Shown piece after piece: positions 20,101 through 28,798 of a stretch of DNA of 64,000 bases (position 1 is its first letter; the number at the start of each line of letters is the position of its first letter). A model generated the notes under the pieces. That model did not search any database. It saw nothing but the letters and a program-made list of their open reading frames with translations, and was not told the DNA's origin. The stretch is taken from positions 12,226 through 76,225 of the IMG/VR virus record IMGVR_UViG_3300042197_000966. The stretch is one strand, 5' to 3'. This stretch comes from a virus. A program made the position numbers and the translations under genes.

Positions 20101-22954
20101 TTCAATTACTGCGGCGCCAGTTAATGCTGGAATTGCTCCAGGAACAACGGTTACTTCTGTAACATTAAATGCTGGTTTATACACTGTCAATATCAATAAT
20201 CCAACAACTGCAAATATTCCTGTTGGAACAGTTATTGAATTTGGGAGAGCAGCATCTCCATTAGTTATTGATACTCCTGTCGCTCTTACAAATTACATTG
20301 CGAGCGTTATCATTGTTAATAGTGGAACAGGATATACAAATGGAACTTATACCAATGTAACTCTCCAAGGAGGAGATGGTACTGGATGTAAAGCTGATAT
20401 TGTTGTTTCTGGAAATGAAATCATTTCAGTTACAGTTACCGATGGTGGAACTGGTTATATTTCTGACTTCCTTGTTACTGGATTTTCGACAAGTCTTGGT
20501 GCTGGAAACTCGTTAGTTCTTTCCGCAAAAATTAATACAGTTCTTAAGTATTACGGTAATACTACTTTTGATGTCTCAAAGGTTTCAGATTCTGCAACTG
20601 ATAGTTATTCCACAGTCGGTGCAGCAAGATTTTTAAGATATCAAAACACAACTGATTTGCAGGCAGGATTTAACATCAATGCTGACGGTAATGGTTCTAT
20701 TAGTCTTAAAACTGGGGCTTTAAGTGGATTGAATGCCGATAAATTGGATGGAGAACATGGTATTTTCTATCTAACTGGTTCAAACTTCGTTGATGGTAGT
20801 ATCACCCCATCCAAGTTACTTGGTGGTCAAGAATATAGTATTAATATCAGCGGTATTGCAAGATCTGCAAATAGATTGAATTCCACTGATGAAGGATCGA
20901 ATGATCCACTACCAATTAATTCTTCTGAAGGTGTAGTTGCACAATTAAGAAACAATTCTGCAAACGGATTGAATGATGGTGGTACAAGAAACCTAGTTCT
21001 AAATCTCAGAAATGGTATTGATGCTACTTATGGTGGCGCAAGGCAATTAGCACTTACGGATAACAATAATCTTTGGATCCGTGGTTCTGGAACGGCACTA
21101 ACACAATGGAGCACTTGGTATAAAGTATGGACATCTGGAAATGATGCTTCTGCTGGTCAAGGTTCTGGTCCAGATGCTTTTAGATTGAACAATAAGGTAC
21201 AAGAATATTATAACACTGCTTATAATATCAATTATGGAACTCTATCAGATAATAGAATTCCATATTATCAAACTGCAAAAGCATTTGACGATAATTTAAC
21301 TATTCGTTGGCAGAAAACACAAGTTGTATATGAATTTTATATTCCTGGTGTTCTATTAACTGGTGGAAGTGGAACATATCAAATTGGAAATACTCTGAAG
21401 TTATTCCAATCAAACGGTGTTGAAAATGGTCAAGTTGTTGTTCTTGCAGTAACAAATAATTCAGCAACTGCAACAGATACAAGTCTTCGTTGGTCAATAA
21501 TCAGAGGAAGATTAACGAGTGGTAGCATTAATGTTGGTGGAAATCCTTCCATCAAGATTGGATTGGATATTTCAAATAGCTCTGTATTTACTGATTATAC
21601 TGGTAATACTGAGAATACAATTGAAGTTGCTAAATTGCAATCTACATCTGGAACTGCTCTCCTAAAATTAGGCAGAACAGACGGTGTTGCTTCAAACCCA
21701 GCTATTCATTTTAACAGTAGTGCAACTACAGCAACAAACTACCACGTTGCAATGATTGCTTCTGGTGGAACTGCAACTGATGGTAGTGGAAGTCTTAATA
21801 TTATTGCTGGAACAAATAATGCTGTAACTATTAACAACAATGCTATTTGGAACGCTGGCAATATATCATTTAATACTGGTTTTACTGGAGCTAATTATAA
21901 CACTGGAGCAAATAGCACTGGTGTTATTAGAGATGCTAGCGGCAATGCTGCTTTCAACGGAATTACATTAGGAGCATCTGGAACTGGTGTTCTAACTGGA
22001 TCTGCTTCTCTCAACGTATTGAAGGCAGGCGATACGATGACAGGTCAGTTAAAGATTGCCTTCAATAGTGGTCTAGGTATTAGTGAAACTGGTGGAACTG
22101 GAGCAAGACTGACGATTACTTCATCTGCTTCTGGTTCTATTCTAAATGTTGTTGATAACTCAGCACTAATCTTCCAAACCGACAGTGGCGTAGAGCAAGG
22201 TAGATTTAGGAATAATGCTGCTGGTGGTGGATTGCTACTAACTACAAATCAAGCTGGTGGTGTTCCACTAACTCTCAATAGACAATGGGATGGTGGTAGA
22301 TTACAATTCATTTACAATAGTGATGCCACCACCAGAGGTGAAATTGGCATGACCTATGCTGGTGCCAATGGCAACATGTATTTGTGGATGGGAAGCAACC
22401 TAAACTCGACTGGAAGCGGTCACACAAATGCTACGCAAGGCAATTCGGCGTATTCTTCTTGGGTAACATATCACCATTCAAACTCTGATTACTATCAAGT
22501 TGGCAGAATTGCTAGTGGAACTTATACATCTGCTTTACATATCAATGGTAGCAGACAAGTTGGTATTAACACCACAACCAATACAACTTATAACCTACAA
22601 GTTAATGGTTCCTTCGCTGCTACTACCAAGTCATTCCGCATTTCTCACCCAACCAAAGAGAACCATGACCTTGTTTATGGTTCGTTGGAAGGACCAGAGC
22701 ATGGCGTATATGTTCGTGGCAAGTCATCTGACGTTATTGAGTTACCTGATTACTGGGTTGCTCTTGTCGATGAAAACACCATCACCGTTCAACTCACTCC
22801 AATCGGCAATCATATGTCATGGGTAGAGAAGATTGAAGATAATAAGATCCTTATTGGTGGTGGCGAGGCATTCTACTTCGTTCAGGCAATGCGTAAGGAT
22901 ATCGAGAAGTTAGAGGTTGAAGTTGAGTTGCCTGTTGAGGAGGAGCAAGAGTGA
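14111..22954 (+). CDS. Giant multidomain tail fibre/baseplate-associated protein, 2947 aa
   Basis: YVSEQIGDDANDGRS...PVRTIKRA beta-helix cap motif; SPYIQNASVIS; GGGYSSTPTVTIS repeats; LNADKLDG fibre motif; C-terminal KSFRISHP...SLEGPEHGVYVRG domain. Confidence 0.8.
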   Translation: MSLEFNADKQYLKGTKPYVLGTSEFTIRAGTGASEKEVMRWQLDATQQLTRVGINRNGQQVEKITLTNTGGGYSSTPTVTISAPNLATGRQATASALINLGTVAAIIVDDPGNGYTSTPTVTISGGAGNGATATATLNSIEYELDVNGAIRTSTSIISDTARVINLDFVNLTTADGTFRAPYLKLYANNTGTSWLASTVVSKNTFRYFGDNIYRVNQDGTTGTNAPIHTSGEVANGTTILEHVGYRVNSPSLPHYGITGDGIFPRSITPLQGDRSNKIATTEYVLSLATNDVGGRIYVSEQIGDDANDGRSAVNPVRTIKRACQIATGTVGVRETVIISGGDYVEDNPISIPPDCSIVGDSLRIVNVRPLNGGKHMFKFADKNYITGITFRDRLDSAGNPIQTWDYACAFDDKQRIYYDSNSGGDYGRDFPIGYQIFGRQEYRITFSENTGNAQIAVGETIWGETNNANATVTNVFYNATTGASAYDTGYIDVVLNQNSNQLSTGDRFRYGGPAPSLGTFTQPWLANTSFPANVYLWTTGTSGNPGRVYLTTAAVTTGAATPSHTSGTVSNLLYIRDRLQFTSSTITSIRPEGEIVSKGEDLISQLPITRIDASVATYNTYGGVVIYTNPLVGASNVHNFKENEEIEIFGLPTSSPDLSWLNGKQRVYKIIEDADARSRRIVIAKEGNRVGFTQSNYAPLSAYVRSYSYYFTLSLLNSPYKFPITDYVSRRYQDACNLIRNNLEFIKDETYQIIEDEFSPNFTISSIVPTTGTGLDLGKVIVRITTSVPHGFYVSDNVTIKKTTFASGLLNGNYIVTNRVSSTVLEVQYTGTVATLGLTSGTTYNNAAIGTSSFIQRGFVIPSETKCRRDIGHFVNAIIMDLEYGGNYHVVEAAKRYRNNGVLGYVGNELAYTVRSLEVARRLCIYAMRNWRLEDGKYSQPTYTPKFSSLSRYFDLTVTEDTSGATTNGFTCSDVASAITTLAYLYTDVLCNKTVTNSPTVGTMEDAGYLIMANADFIASEASEFAYAQFPVVAASLTDDQKRKCKRDIRYILSGLTRDLIGGGNSGIVTAAESYFTGNTLSGIPSNELAATRSAFSRARDLSIQAIRNWSNGTVTTRTATTATYNSTSGVLTVTFPTPTTPVTTAHKLAFKERALTFSCASDGGGNLASPQPTDRNYGKSLSISNVTTGGGNQTVTVNVGAAGTAAGVAHTFVSALANGVIIIYDPVTPTYETNITRVEDWNIALYGSNPLCANVASAITTEFTTLDNILGGTVLPGATTKTYGTLYDPTVTYPTGVMIDNDGYYITPRGRWDDLPIIEASPYIQNASVISFKGGGGCEVDGSKVKQPNCPFPGLEADGSATYPNQGKSMVAAQFTIVSFGGTGYKIVKDGYTQLVSVFVLFCKDGVLAESGGYVSITNAATNFGIYALRAVGYRENAYSFDTGIITNVSETVTGRTILTVGSLGRKPLEHYVLKIDGYTNQGESIEYFIEKVTSASVGPIFTATFEVNAAMLLTRTSDGALFNSPLSGAEFTGKTIKLHRPSIVNSSGHTWEFAGAGTNYKALPENGGKKIEAYEQVSENYGRVYTSGTDELGDFKVGYFAKIENRTGNITFTGTVSISEVEFLKLKGGDVVVTGFTSDNTLGGAASSNSLLPTQKAVKDYITTNLGTYINKPYSTNAVPRALVELTDSGKISIDQIPALRPFSVYTVADQAERLKLEGALAGDIAIEQDTSTSYILNNDLTSLFLGFAVNQALQFTINNLFVGTPGGGQIQAKEYRQGVVYQINITNGGSGYSSAPSVTFSAPQQGGGVTATAVATVANGQVTTITITETGGLKGGRGYTSAPTITIASPGGAGTTATATCLIESRLYGNITNNIKIVDIDTIQSSNGTPITVDINRVVNTSAFTASNWVSLSSNQVAADQITSGVIATTRLASNSGAANSTTFLRGDQTYAPVIQSIKGVETRYFVKTSNQTNSGGQQLFFTEAQAATILKGHSITAAPVNAGIAPGTTVTSVTLNAGLYTVNINNPTTANIPVGTVIEFGRAASPLVIDTPVALTNYIASVIIVNSGTGYTNGTYTNVTLQGGDGTGCKADIVVSGNEIISVTVTDGGTGYISDFLVTGFSTSLGAGNSLVLSAKINTVLKYYGNTTFDVSKVSDSATDSYSTVGAARFLRYQNTTDLQAGFNINADGNGSISLKTGALSGLNADKLDGEHGIFYLTGSNFVDGSITPSKLLGGQEYSINISGIARSANRLNSTDEGSNDPLPINSSEGVVAQLRNNSANGLNDGGTRNLVLNLRNGIDATYGGARQLALTDNNNLWIRGSGTALTQWSTWYKVWTSGNDASAGQGSGPDAFRLNNKVQEYYNTAYNINYGTLSDNRIPYYQTAKAFDDNLTIRWQKTQVVYEFYIPGVLLTGGSGTYQIGNTLKLFQSNGVENGQVVVLAVTNNSATATDTSLRWSIIRGRLTSGSINVGGNPSIKIGLDISNSSVFTDYTGNTENTIEVAKLQSTSGTALLKLGRTDGVASNPAIHFNSSATTATNYHVAMIASGGTATDGSGSLNIIAGTNNAVTINNNAIWNAGNISFNTGFTGANYNTGANSTGVIRDASGNAAFNGITLGASGTGVLTGSASLNVLKAGDTMTGQLKIAFNSGLGISETGGTGARLTITSSASGSILNVVDNSALIFQTDSGVEQGRFRNNAAGGGLLLTTNQAGGVPLTLNRQWDGGRLQFIYNSDATTRGEIGMTYAGANGNMYLWMGSNLNSTGSGHTNATQGNSAYSSWVTYHHSNSDYYQVGRIASGTYTSALHINGSRQVGINTTTNTTYNLQVNGSFAATTKSFRISHPTKENHDLVYGSLEGPEHGVYVRGKSSDVIELPDYWVALVDENTITVQLTPIGNHMSWVEKIEDNKILIGGGEAFYFVQAMRKDIEKLEVEVELPVEEEQE

Positions 22955-22965
22955 TGTTACTGACT

Positions 22966-22973
22966 TATAAATA
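22966..22973 (+). promoter_or_regulatory. Perfect T4 late promoter TATAAATA
   Basis: Exact match 22 nt upstream of ATG 22996. Confidence 0.85.
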
Positions 22974-22995
22974 CTCAATAAAAGGCGTATAACAA

Positions 22996-24936
22996 ATGGC
23001 GAATTCTGATAAGGACATCCTTATAACGCCTAATATTGGTCAGGCGGCACTACCAGAAATTAAATTTGTTGGAACTGGAAACAGTCCTCGTTATATACGA
23101 GTAAATGATGATAATAGCCTTGCGTTCCTGAACAACTCTGGAACGGAAAGATTTTCTATTAATGAAGATTTAGTAAGAACCAGTTTATCTGCCAGTGGTA
23201 ACTATAGAGTTAGAAACAGTTCTGGAACAACATTATTTAATGTAACTAATAGTACAAATGCTATTGAAATAGGTGGTGCTGGAACTGGTATCGCAATGGT
23301 TGGTGGAACAACTACAGCAACCTCTCCAAAACTAGCAATTGTCCAAGCAAGTGCTGGTTCAAGATATTCTCTACAAATTCAAACCACTGGCGGTATTGCT
23401 GATGGACAGTATGATGGTATTGGATTTGTTCAAGGTGCTGCTGGTGCAACACCTTTGGGTGGTATTCGTTGTGAATTTAGAAACAGTGGTAGTCCAGATT
23501 TTGGATGGTATACAAGGAGTGGCGGAAGCACTGAGAGTATAAAATTAAAATTATGGAACAGTGGTAACTTATCAATTGGAACTGCAGATCAAACAGAATA
23601 TACTAGATTAAGTGTTCTAGGAGGTTCTGGTATTACAATTAGACCAGATACTTCATCTGCAAATAATCGTCATATCTATTTTAGACAAGCAGCTAATAAT
23701 AATGGATTTGTCATAAATCAAGATGATGCTTCTGTTGGTATGCTCTTCTTCAGAGCAATCAATAATGGATCAGAAACAAATCCTCTATTAACATTAGATA
23801 GACCAAATCAGAGAGTTGGTGTTGGAAATTTTAGCACAAGTTCTAGACCAGGATTTACACTAGATGTAAATGGAGATATTAATACTACTGGTCAATTTAG
23901 AAGAAATGGAGTAATTTTTAATCCACTTCCCGCGCAAAGTGCATCAACAATTGGTGCTGCATTAAGATCAGATGGAACTAATGCATTCTGGGATATTGGC
24001 GGTGGTGGAAGCGGCGGAGGAACATCTGCTCTTCCATACGCCGCAGAAGACAGATATAGAGTTGGTTTCCAAATCACTCGCGGTTATGCAATGGCGGGAT
24101 ATAAAGATAGTACATCATATAAAAATGTTTGTTCTATCAATCATGCCAATAATACTTTAACAAATCATGGAGATCTTTTAACAAATGGTCAAGGTTATTG
24201 TGCTGGAGCACAAAATCTTTCCATGTTTGCATATGTTATGATCGCCGTAAATGGTGTTGGTGGAACTGGATCAACATGTTCTAAAATTAATATGAACACC
24301 AATGCAAATGCTGGTACTACCTCCATTAATAATAATAGATCTGCAACAAGTATAATGAGAAGAGATTTCAGATATGCATATGTATATGGAGGTGGAGATT
24401 CTAGACCAGATAGATTTAATTTAAGTAATGATACTTCAGCGTTAGCTCCAAATGGCAATCCATCTGGAGATGAAAACAATCCAGCTGGAGGATATGGTGC
24501 TACTTATGGATGGTCTAAGAAGAATGGTGGGTATGCATATTCTTGGGCAAATGAGACATATGCTGCTTGGCCAAATAATCCTGGAACTGATGGATCCAAT
24601 AAAACTATGAACGCTAGACATGGTTATAATTATTGGAATACAGGAGGAGGATATAGGACATCAGCAAATTTCTCCAAGAGAAGTTCATTTACTGGATCTG
24701 AAGCTACTCAAGTTGGTAAGTTTGAATGTGGAGAAGAAACATTCCACACTGGTATGAATAGAGGTTATATGTGTGGTATGTATGATGGAGCACAGAAAAA
24801 CACTGGAGCAGTTTTAAATTATGCTGCTGAAACATTTACAGCAGATGCAAATATAAACAGAGTAGGACCACCTGGATCGGCATCTGGAGCTGGTGCTGAA
24901 TTTGGCACGGTTCTAGCAGGTTACGACGGAGTATAA
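22996..24936 (+). CDS. Fibre/adhesin-like protein with a C-terminal Gly/Tyr-rich repeat (propeller-like) domain
   Basis: N-terminal MANSDKDILITPN; fibre motif VGVG...PGFTLDVNGDIN; repeats RGYAMAGY, FAYVM, YAYVYGG, RGYMCGMYDG. Confidence 0.7.
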   Translation: MANSDKDILITPNIGQAALPEIKFVGTGNSPRYIRVNDDNSLAFLNNSGTERFSINEDLVRTSLSASGNYRVRNSSGTTLFNVTNSTNAIEIGGAGTGIAMVGGTTTATSPKLAIVQASAGSRYSLQIQTTGGIADGQYDGIGFVQGAAGATPLGGIRCEFRNSGSPDFGWYTRSGGSTESIKLKLWNSGNLSIGTADQTEYTRLSVLGGSGITIRPDTSSANNRHIYFRQAANNNGFVINQDDASVGMLFFRAINNGSETNPLLTLDRPNQRVGVGNFSTSSRPGFTLDVNGDINTTGQFRRNGVIFNPLPAQSASTIGAALRSDGTNAFWDIGGGGSGGGTSALPYAAEDRYRVGFQITRGYAMAGYKDSTSYKNVCSINHANNTLTNHGDLLTNGQGYCAGAQNLSMFAYVMIAVNGVGGTGSTCSKINMNTNANAGTTSINNNRSATSIMRRDFRYAYVYGGGDSRPDRFNLSNDTSALAPNGNPSGDENNPAGGYGATYGWSKKNGGYAYSWANETYAAWPNNPGTDGSNKTMNARHGYNYWNTGGGYRTSANFSKRSSFTGSEATQVGKFECGEETFHTGMNRGYMCGMYDGAQKNTGAVLNYAAETFTADANINRVGPPGSASGAGAEFGTVLAGYDGV

Positions 24937-24938
24937 AA

Positions 24939-25691
24939 ATGAGAAAGTATTATCTAACAAATTCAAAAGAAGTAGCAAAATTATTTTCGTTTAAACCTCA
25001 CGGCGAAATTTTAAATTGGCAGTTTTTCTCGGTAAATCAAATCGATAGTGAAAGAGTGAAAGAATTAGCTCCTCGTCATATTGAAGTAGAGAAAGACATT
25101 GCTGTCTGGGGAATGAGATCTTGGGGAGAAACCAGAGATGAAGTAACTGTATATAATACAGACATTGAAATTGTAAGTGAATTTGAGGGATTTGAAATCA
25201 TTGCCACTGATCCAGAAAATTCACAAGGAAAAGTAAAAATTCCATTCACAGATAAAAGAAAAGATCTAGTAATATCGGCAATGAAATTAGTTGCCAAGGT
25301 TATGATTGAAGAAGAGTATGATAATAAATATAGAAGATATCTTTCAAAAACTTCATTTTTAGAGAGAGAATGCTGGAAGTATCAACTCGAAGATGTATCG
25401 TTTAGAGATACCCTCGCAGAGTTAAAAGGAAAAGAAAAAGAAGAATTTGAAAATGTTGTAATTGCAAATAGTATTAGTTATGAAGACTATGTAAAAGGTT
25501 TATACATAGAGTGTCAGGCATTAAAGCAAGAATTTTACAATTGCGAAAATATTTCGGAATTGAGTATTCTATTTGAAGATAAATTTAATCTTCCAATGCA
25601 ATCACATCTTGCTATCAAACTTGGTAGAGAGATTGTTAATGCCGATGAACCAAATACAAGAACAAATGTTGGAATTGGTTTGAATTTTTAA
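24939..25691 (+). CDS. Hypothetical protein, possible fibre assembly chaperone
   Basis: Starts 2 nt after the fibre gene; acidic and helical, with an ERECWKYQ motif reminiscent of tail-fibre assembly proteins. Confidence 0.6.
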   Translation: MRKYYLTNSKEVAKLFSFKPHGEILNWQFFSVNQIDSERVKELAPRHIEVEKDIAVWGMRSWGETRDEVTVYNTDIEIVSEFEGFEIIATDPENSQGKVKIPFTDKRKDLVISAMKLVAKVMIEEEYDNKYRRYLSKTSFLERECWKYQLEDVSFRDTLAELKGKEKEEFENVVIANSISYEDYVKGLYIECQALKQEFYNCENISELSILFEDKFNLPMQSHLAIKLGREIVNADEPNTRTNVGIGLNF

Positions 25692-25708
25692 GTTTATTTT
25701 AAATTGCC

Positions 25709-26506
25709 ATGTCAGATGAAAAAAAATTGGATGTAGAAACTATAAAAAATATTGCTCGTAGATGGGCGTCAGGAATGTCTGATGAGCAATGTGATATGTA
25801 TGTTATTCATTCTCAAGTTACAAAAGATAGACAAGTAAAACAGTGTCTATTGGAAATCGAAAATAGATGCCACAATCTAGCAAAACTAGATATTGAAAAG
25901 AGAAGACATGATATAAACTATAAAAAACTTCAAGAAAAATTGGGCACAGAAAAAGATCCATATGAAAAAGATCTTCTTCAACTTGAATTGGATAGCATGG
26001 ATTTAGATTATGATGTTTTTAATAGAAGAAAAATTACTCAAGAAAAAGAAATTCAATCATTTTTTAAATGGTTAATTGAACAAGGATTTACAGCAGAAGA
26101 ATTGGAGAAAAGATTGGAATATGATCCAGAAGAAGAAAGAAAATACTGGATTGCCAGAATGGGCAAACAAGCAGCTATGGATGTTGTATTCCAAGGAAGG
26201 ATTGGAACTGGCAATCTAGACTCTATTGCTATGATGAAGGAGCAGGATCAGCAGGCAATTTTAGAAATTGCAATGCAGTATTCTGCATTATATAACGTTA
26301 GCGTCAATAAAATTCAACAGAAACTTGTTCCATATATTCAAGCATTAGAAGAAAGTTCTACAGGAGCATTACCAACTTTTCATGGAATTGATGAAAACTT
26401 AGAAATAGGTTTGTTGAGTGAATTAAAAACTATTAAAGGTGAATTGAATGGAACCAAATCTTCATCCCCAAGTCTTCAGCTTACCTATAAACCCCAAGCT
26501 TCCTGA
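25709..26506 (+). CDS. Hypothetical coiled-coil protein
   Basis: Long charged helices; EEERKYWIARMGKQAAMD...GRIGTGNLDSI motif. Confidence 0.7.
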   Translation: MSDEKKLDVETIKNIARRWASGMSDEQCDMYVIHSQVTKDRQVKQCLLEIENRCHNLAKLDIEKRRHDINYKKLQEKLGTEKDPYEKDLLQLELDSMDLDYDVFNRRKITQEKEIQSFFKWLIEQGFTAEELEKRLEYDPEEERKYWIARMGKQAAMDVVFQGRIGTGNLDSIAMMKEQDQQAILEIAMQYSALYNVSVNKIQQKLVPYIQALEESSTGALPTFHGIDENLEIGLLSELKTIKGELNGTKSSSPSLQLTYKPQAS

Positions 26507-28151
26507 AGATTTTGTAGATAATATCTTTATTCCATTTTTACAAAAGCATAAAGATTACATTTTTGATTTATATTTTACTTGCAGAATGCCTCCATTTGAG
26601 CAGGATGCTATGGGTGATATTTTCAACAATCCAAAAGATACCACTTTCAGTGCTTTATACATTTCAAATAAAACTGGAATACCACTATCTGCAACATTTA
26701 ATAATATTTTTGTGAGACCAGATCAAGAAAATTTAGATCTATTCATAAAGAATTTTAGATATGTTTATGAGAGAGGTGTAAGAATTGCTACAATTCCACA
26801 CACTTCATGGTTACTTACTGGACAAATACAAAAAGAGTTTCCAAATCTCTTCATAAAGAATACAATTCTGAGAGAAGTTACTAGACCCAACGAAATTGTT
26901 TCTTTAGCAAAAGCAGGATTTCATTATATCAATCTTGATAGAGATTTAATGCGCGATAGAGATCAATTACTTGCTATTAAAGAAGCAAAAGATTATTGCT
27001 CTTCTATTGGCAAACCAGTTAAATTGTCTTTATTAGCAAATGAAAATTGTTGGGGTGGATGTCCCATCATGCCAGAGCATTATCATTATAACAATACAAG
27101 AAAATTAAACAATCCAGAATATTTTGGAGATGCTATAAGTAGAATTTCATGTTCCTCTTGGGATATATTGGATTCTTCATCCTCGTTAAAAGCAGCGATA
27201 TTACCACCATGGAAAGAAGATTGGATTGAATTTTTTAATTTGGGAATTGATGTATTTAAAATGCATGGCAGAGAGACTGCTACCAGATTAAAAGAAAGTA
27301 TGGACATCATTGAAAACTGGGCAAATAATAACGAATATTTGTTTCCAAATTTTGATGAATTTATTCATGATATACACATAGATGATAAACCTATTGATAT
27401 TTGGAGAGAAAAAATTAAAACATGTAAATTTGATTGTTGGAAATGCAACTATTGTGAATCTGTAATCAAATCACGAGTTAGAAAATATGAAAAAGATCAC
27501 CATCCTTATGTTTATCATGTTTTAAAATCTTTCGAAAAATCTGGTAGAAATGAATCTAGTTTTAATCCAGAAAAATATGACATTGAAGGATTAACTTCTG
27601 ATCGAGTAAGACATTTTTTAAATAATCTTTGTTCAATGGATGGAGCAAAATATTTGGAAATAGGATCTTATGCTGGAAGTACATTTTTTGCTGCTACCAT
27701 GAATAACAATGTTCAAGCTTATGCAGTCGATAATTATGTTTGCAATGTTTCTCCTGCTAGATTGGATGTTAAATGGAATGGATATTCAAAACCCAAAAGA
27801 GACTTTTTAAAAAATAGATCAAAATATGAAATAGGAAAATTAATTGATAAGCATGTAAATGCCATCAACCTAATGGATTTGGATAATACAAAAGTCAATA
27901 TCATTTTTTATGATGCTAGTCATGAATATAAAGATCAAAAAAAGGCATTATCTACTCTCCTTCCATTAGCAGAAGATACCTTTATTTTGGTTATTGATGA
28001 CATTAATTTCAAAGATGTGTTAGAATCTGCAAAAGAATTTATATCCGATAATAATTTGACTTCATTATATGAAAAACAATTATTCACCACGGTCTTTGAA
28101 GATTCTAATAGTTGGTGGAATGGATTATTTGTAGCAGTTTTACGAAAATGA
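26448..28151 (+). CDS. U32 peptidase-family Fe-S protein fused to a class I SAM methyltransferase
   Basis: INLDRDLMRD; LLANENCWGGCP; GIDVFKMHGRE (compare U32 GVDSLKIEGR); CKFDCWKCNYC. C-terminal YLEIGSYAGST, IIFYDASH and LVIDD are Methyltransf_24-like. Confidence 0.8.
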   Translation: MEPNLHPQVFSLPINPKLPEDFVDNIFIPFLQKHKDYIFDLYFTCRMPPFEQDAMGDIFNNPKDTTFSALYISNKTGIPLSATFNNIFVRPDQENLDLFIKNFRYVYERGVRIATIPHTSWLLTGQIQKEFPNLFIKNTILREVTRPNEIVSLAKAGFHYINLDRDLMRDRDQLLAIKEAKDYCSSIGKPVKLSLLANENCWGGCPIMPEHYHYNNTRKLNNPEYFGDAISRISCSSWDILDSSSSLKAAILPPWKEDWIEFFNLGIDVFKMHGRETATRLKESMDIIENWANNNEYLFPNFDEFIHDIHIDDKPIDIWREKIKTCKFDCWKCNYCESVIKSRVRKYEKDHHPYVYHVLKSFEKSGRNESSFNPEKYDIEGLTSDRVRHFLNNLCSMDGAKYLEIGSYAGSTFFAATMNNNVQAYAVDNYVCNVSPARLDVKWNGYSKPKRDFLKNRSKYEIGKLIDKHVNAINLMDLDNTKVNIIFYDASHEYKDQKKALSTLLPLAEDTFILVIDDINFKDVLESAKEFISDNNLTSLYEKQLFTTVFEDSNSWWNGLFVAVLRK

Positions 28152-28798
28152 AATTATATGATTTATTTCCAAATCCAATATTTGGAATTGATTATCCAGA
28201 GCACGATAAATTAAAAAAAATTATTCTTCAAATTATGGAAGAGTGCAAAGATGATTTTGAATTTAATGGTCAATCATCTAATTTATCACACTTAAAAAAT
28301 AAATTGAACGAATCAATTTTGCATGAAGAGCAATTAAAAGAATTTAAAGACTGGGTTGAAGAAACATGCTCTGATTATGTTACAGATTGCTTGGGTTATA
28401 ATCTCCAAGAAAAAATGATGGTTACAGATAGTTGGTTAAATAAATGCGACAAAGGAGGATCACAACATCCTCATTATCATTCAAACTCATATGTTTCTGG
28501 AACATATTATGTAAATTTTCAAGATGGTCATGCTCCTTTAATGTTTAACAAAAGATCTGCATTATTATTTCCAAATCATGCATCGATAGTTTTACCAGAG
28601 AATGATAATTTTATAACCAAGTACAATACAGATTCTGCTGTATATCCAGAGGAAGGTGAGTTATACCTTTGGCAATCTCAAATGACGCATAGTGTTCCAG
28701 AAAATGGACTTGATAATCGAATTAGTTTGTCTATGAATTTTATGCCAACTGTTGTAAGCAATACAAGATATGGATTTAGAGTAGAGTATTTATCATGA
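28148..28798 (+). CDS. 2OG-Fe(II) oxygenase, TIGR02466-like
   Basis: SWLN...HPHYHSNSYVSGTYY, MTHSV and RISLSMN motifs; start ATG overlaps the upstream stop (ATGA). Confidence 0.85.
   Translation: MKLYDLFPNPIFGIDYPEHDKLKKIILQIMEECKDDFEFNGQSSNLSHLKNKLNESILHEEQLKEFKDWVEETCSDYVTDCLGYNLQEKMMVTDSWLNKCDKGGSQHPHYHSNSYVSGTYYVNFQDGHAPLMFNKRSALLFPNHASIVLPENDNFITKYNTDSAVYPEEGELYLWQSQMTHSVPENGLDNRISLSMNFMPTVVSNTRYGFRVEYLS

Noticed and set aside
157-24479. Many short minus-strand and alternate-frame ORFs inside the structural genes
   Set aside because: Fully nested in long, well-supported genes; their composition mirrors the antisense of Gly/Thr-rich codons.
9692-24936. Diversity-generating retroelement or invertible fibre cassette
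   Set aside because: No reverse transcriptase or invertase, and no near-identical template/variable repeat pair was seen; the repeats are diverged at DNA level.
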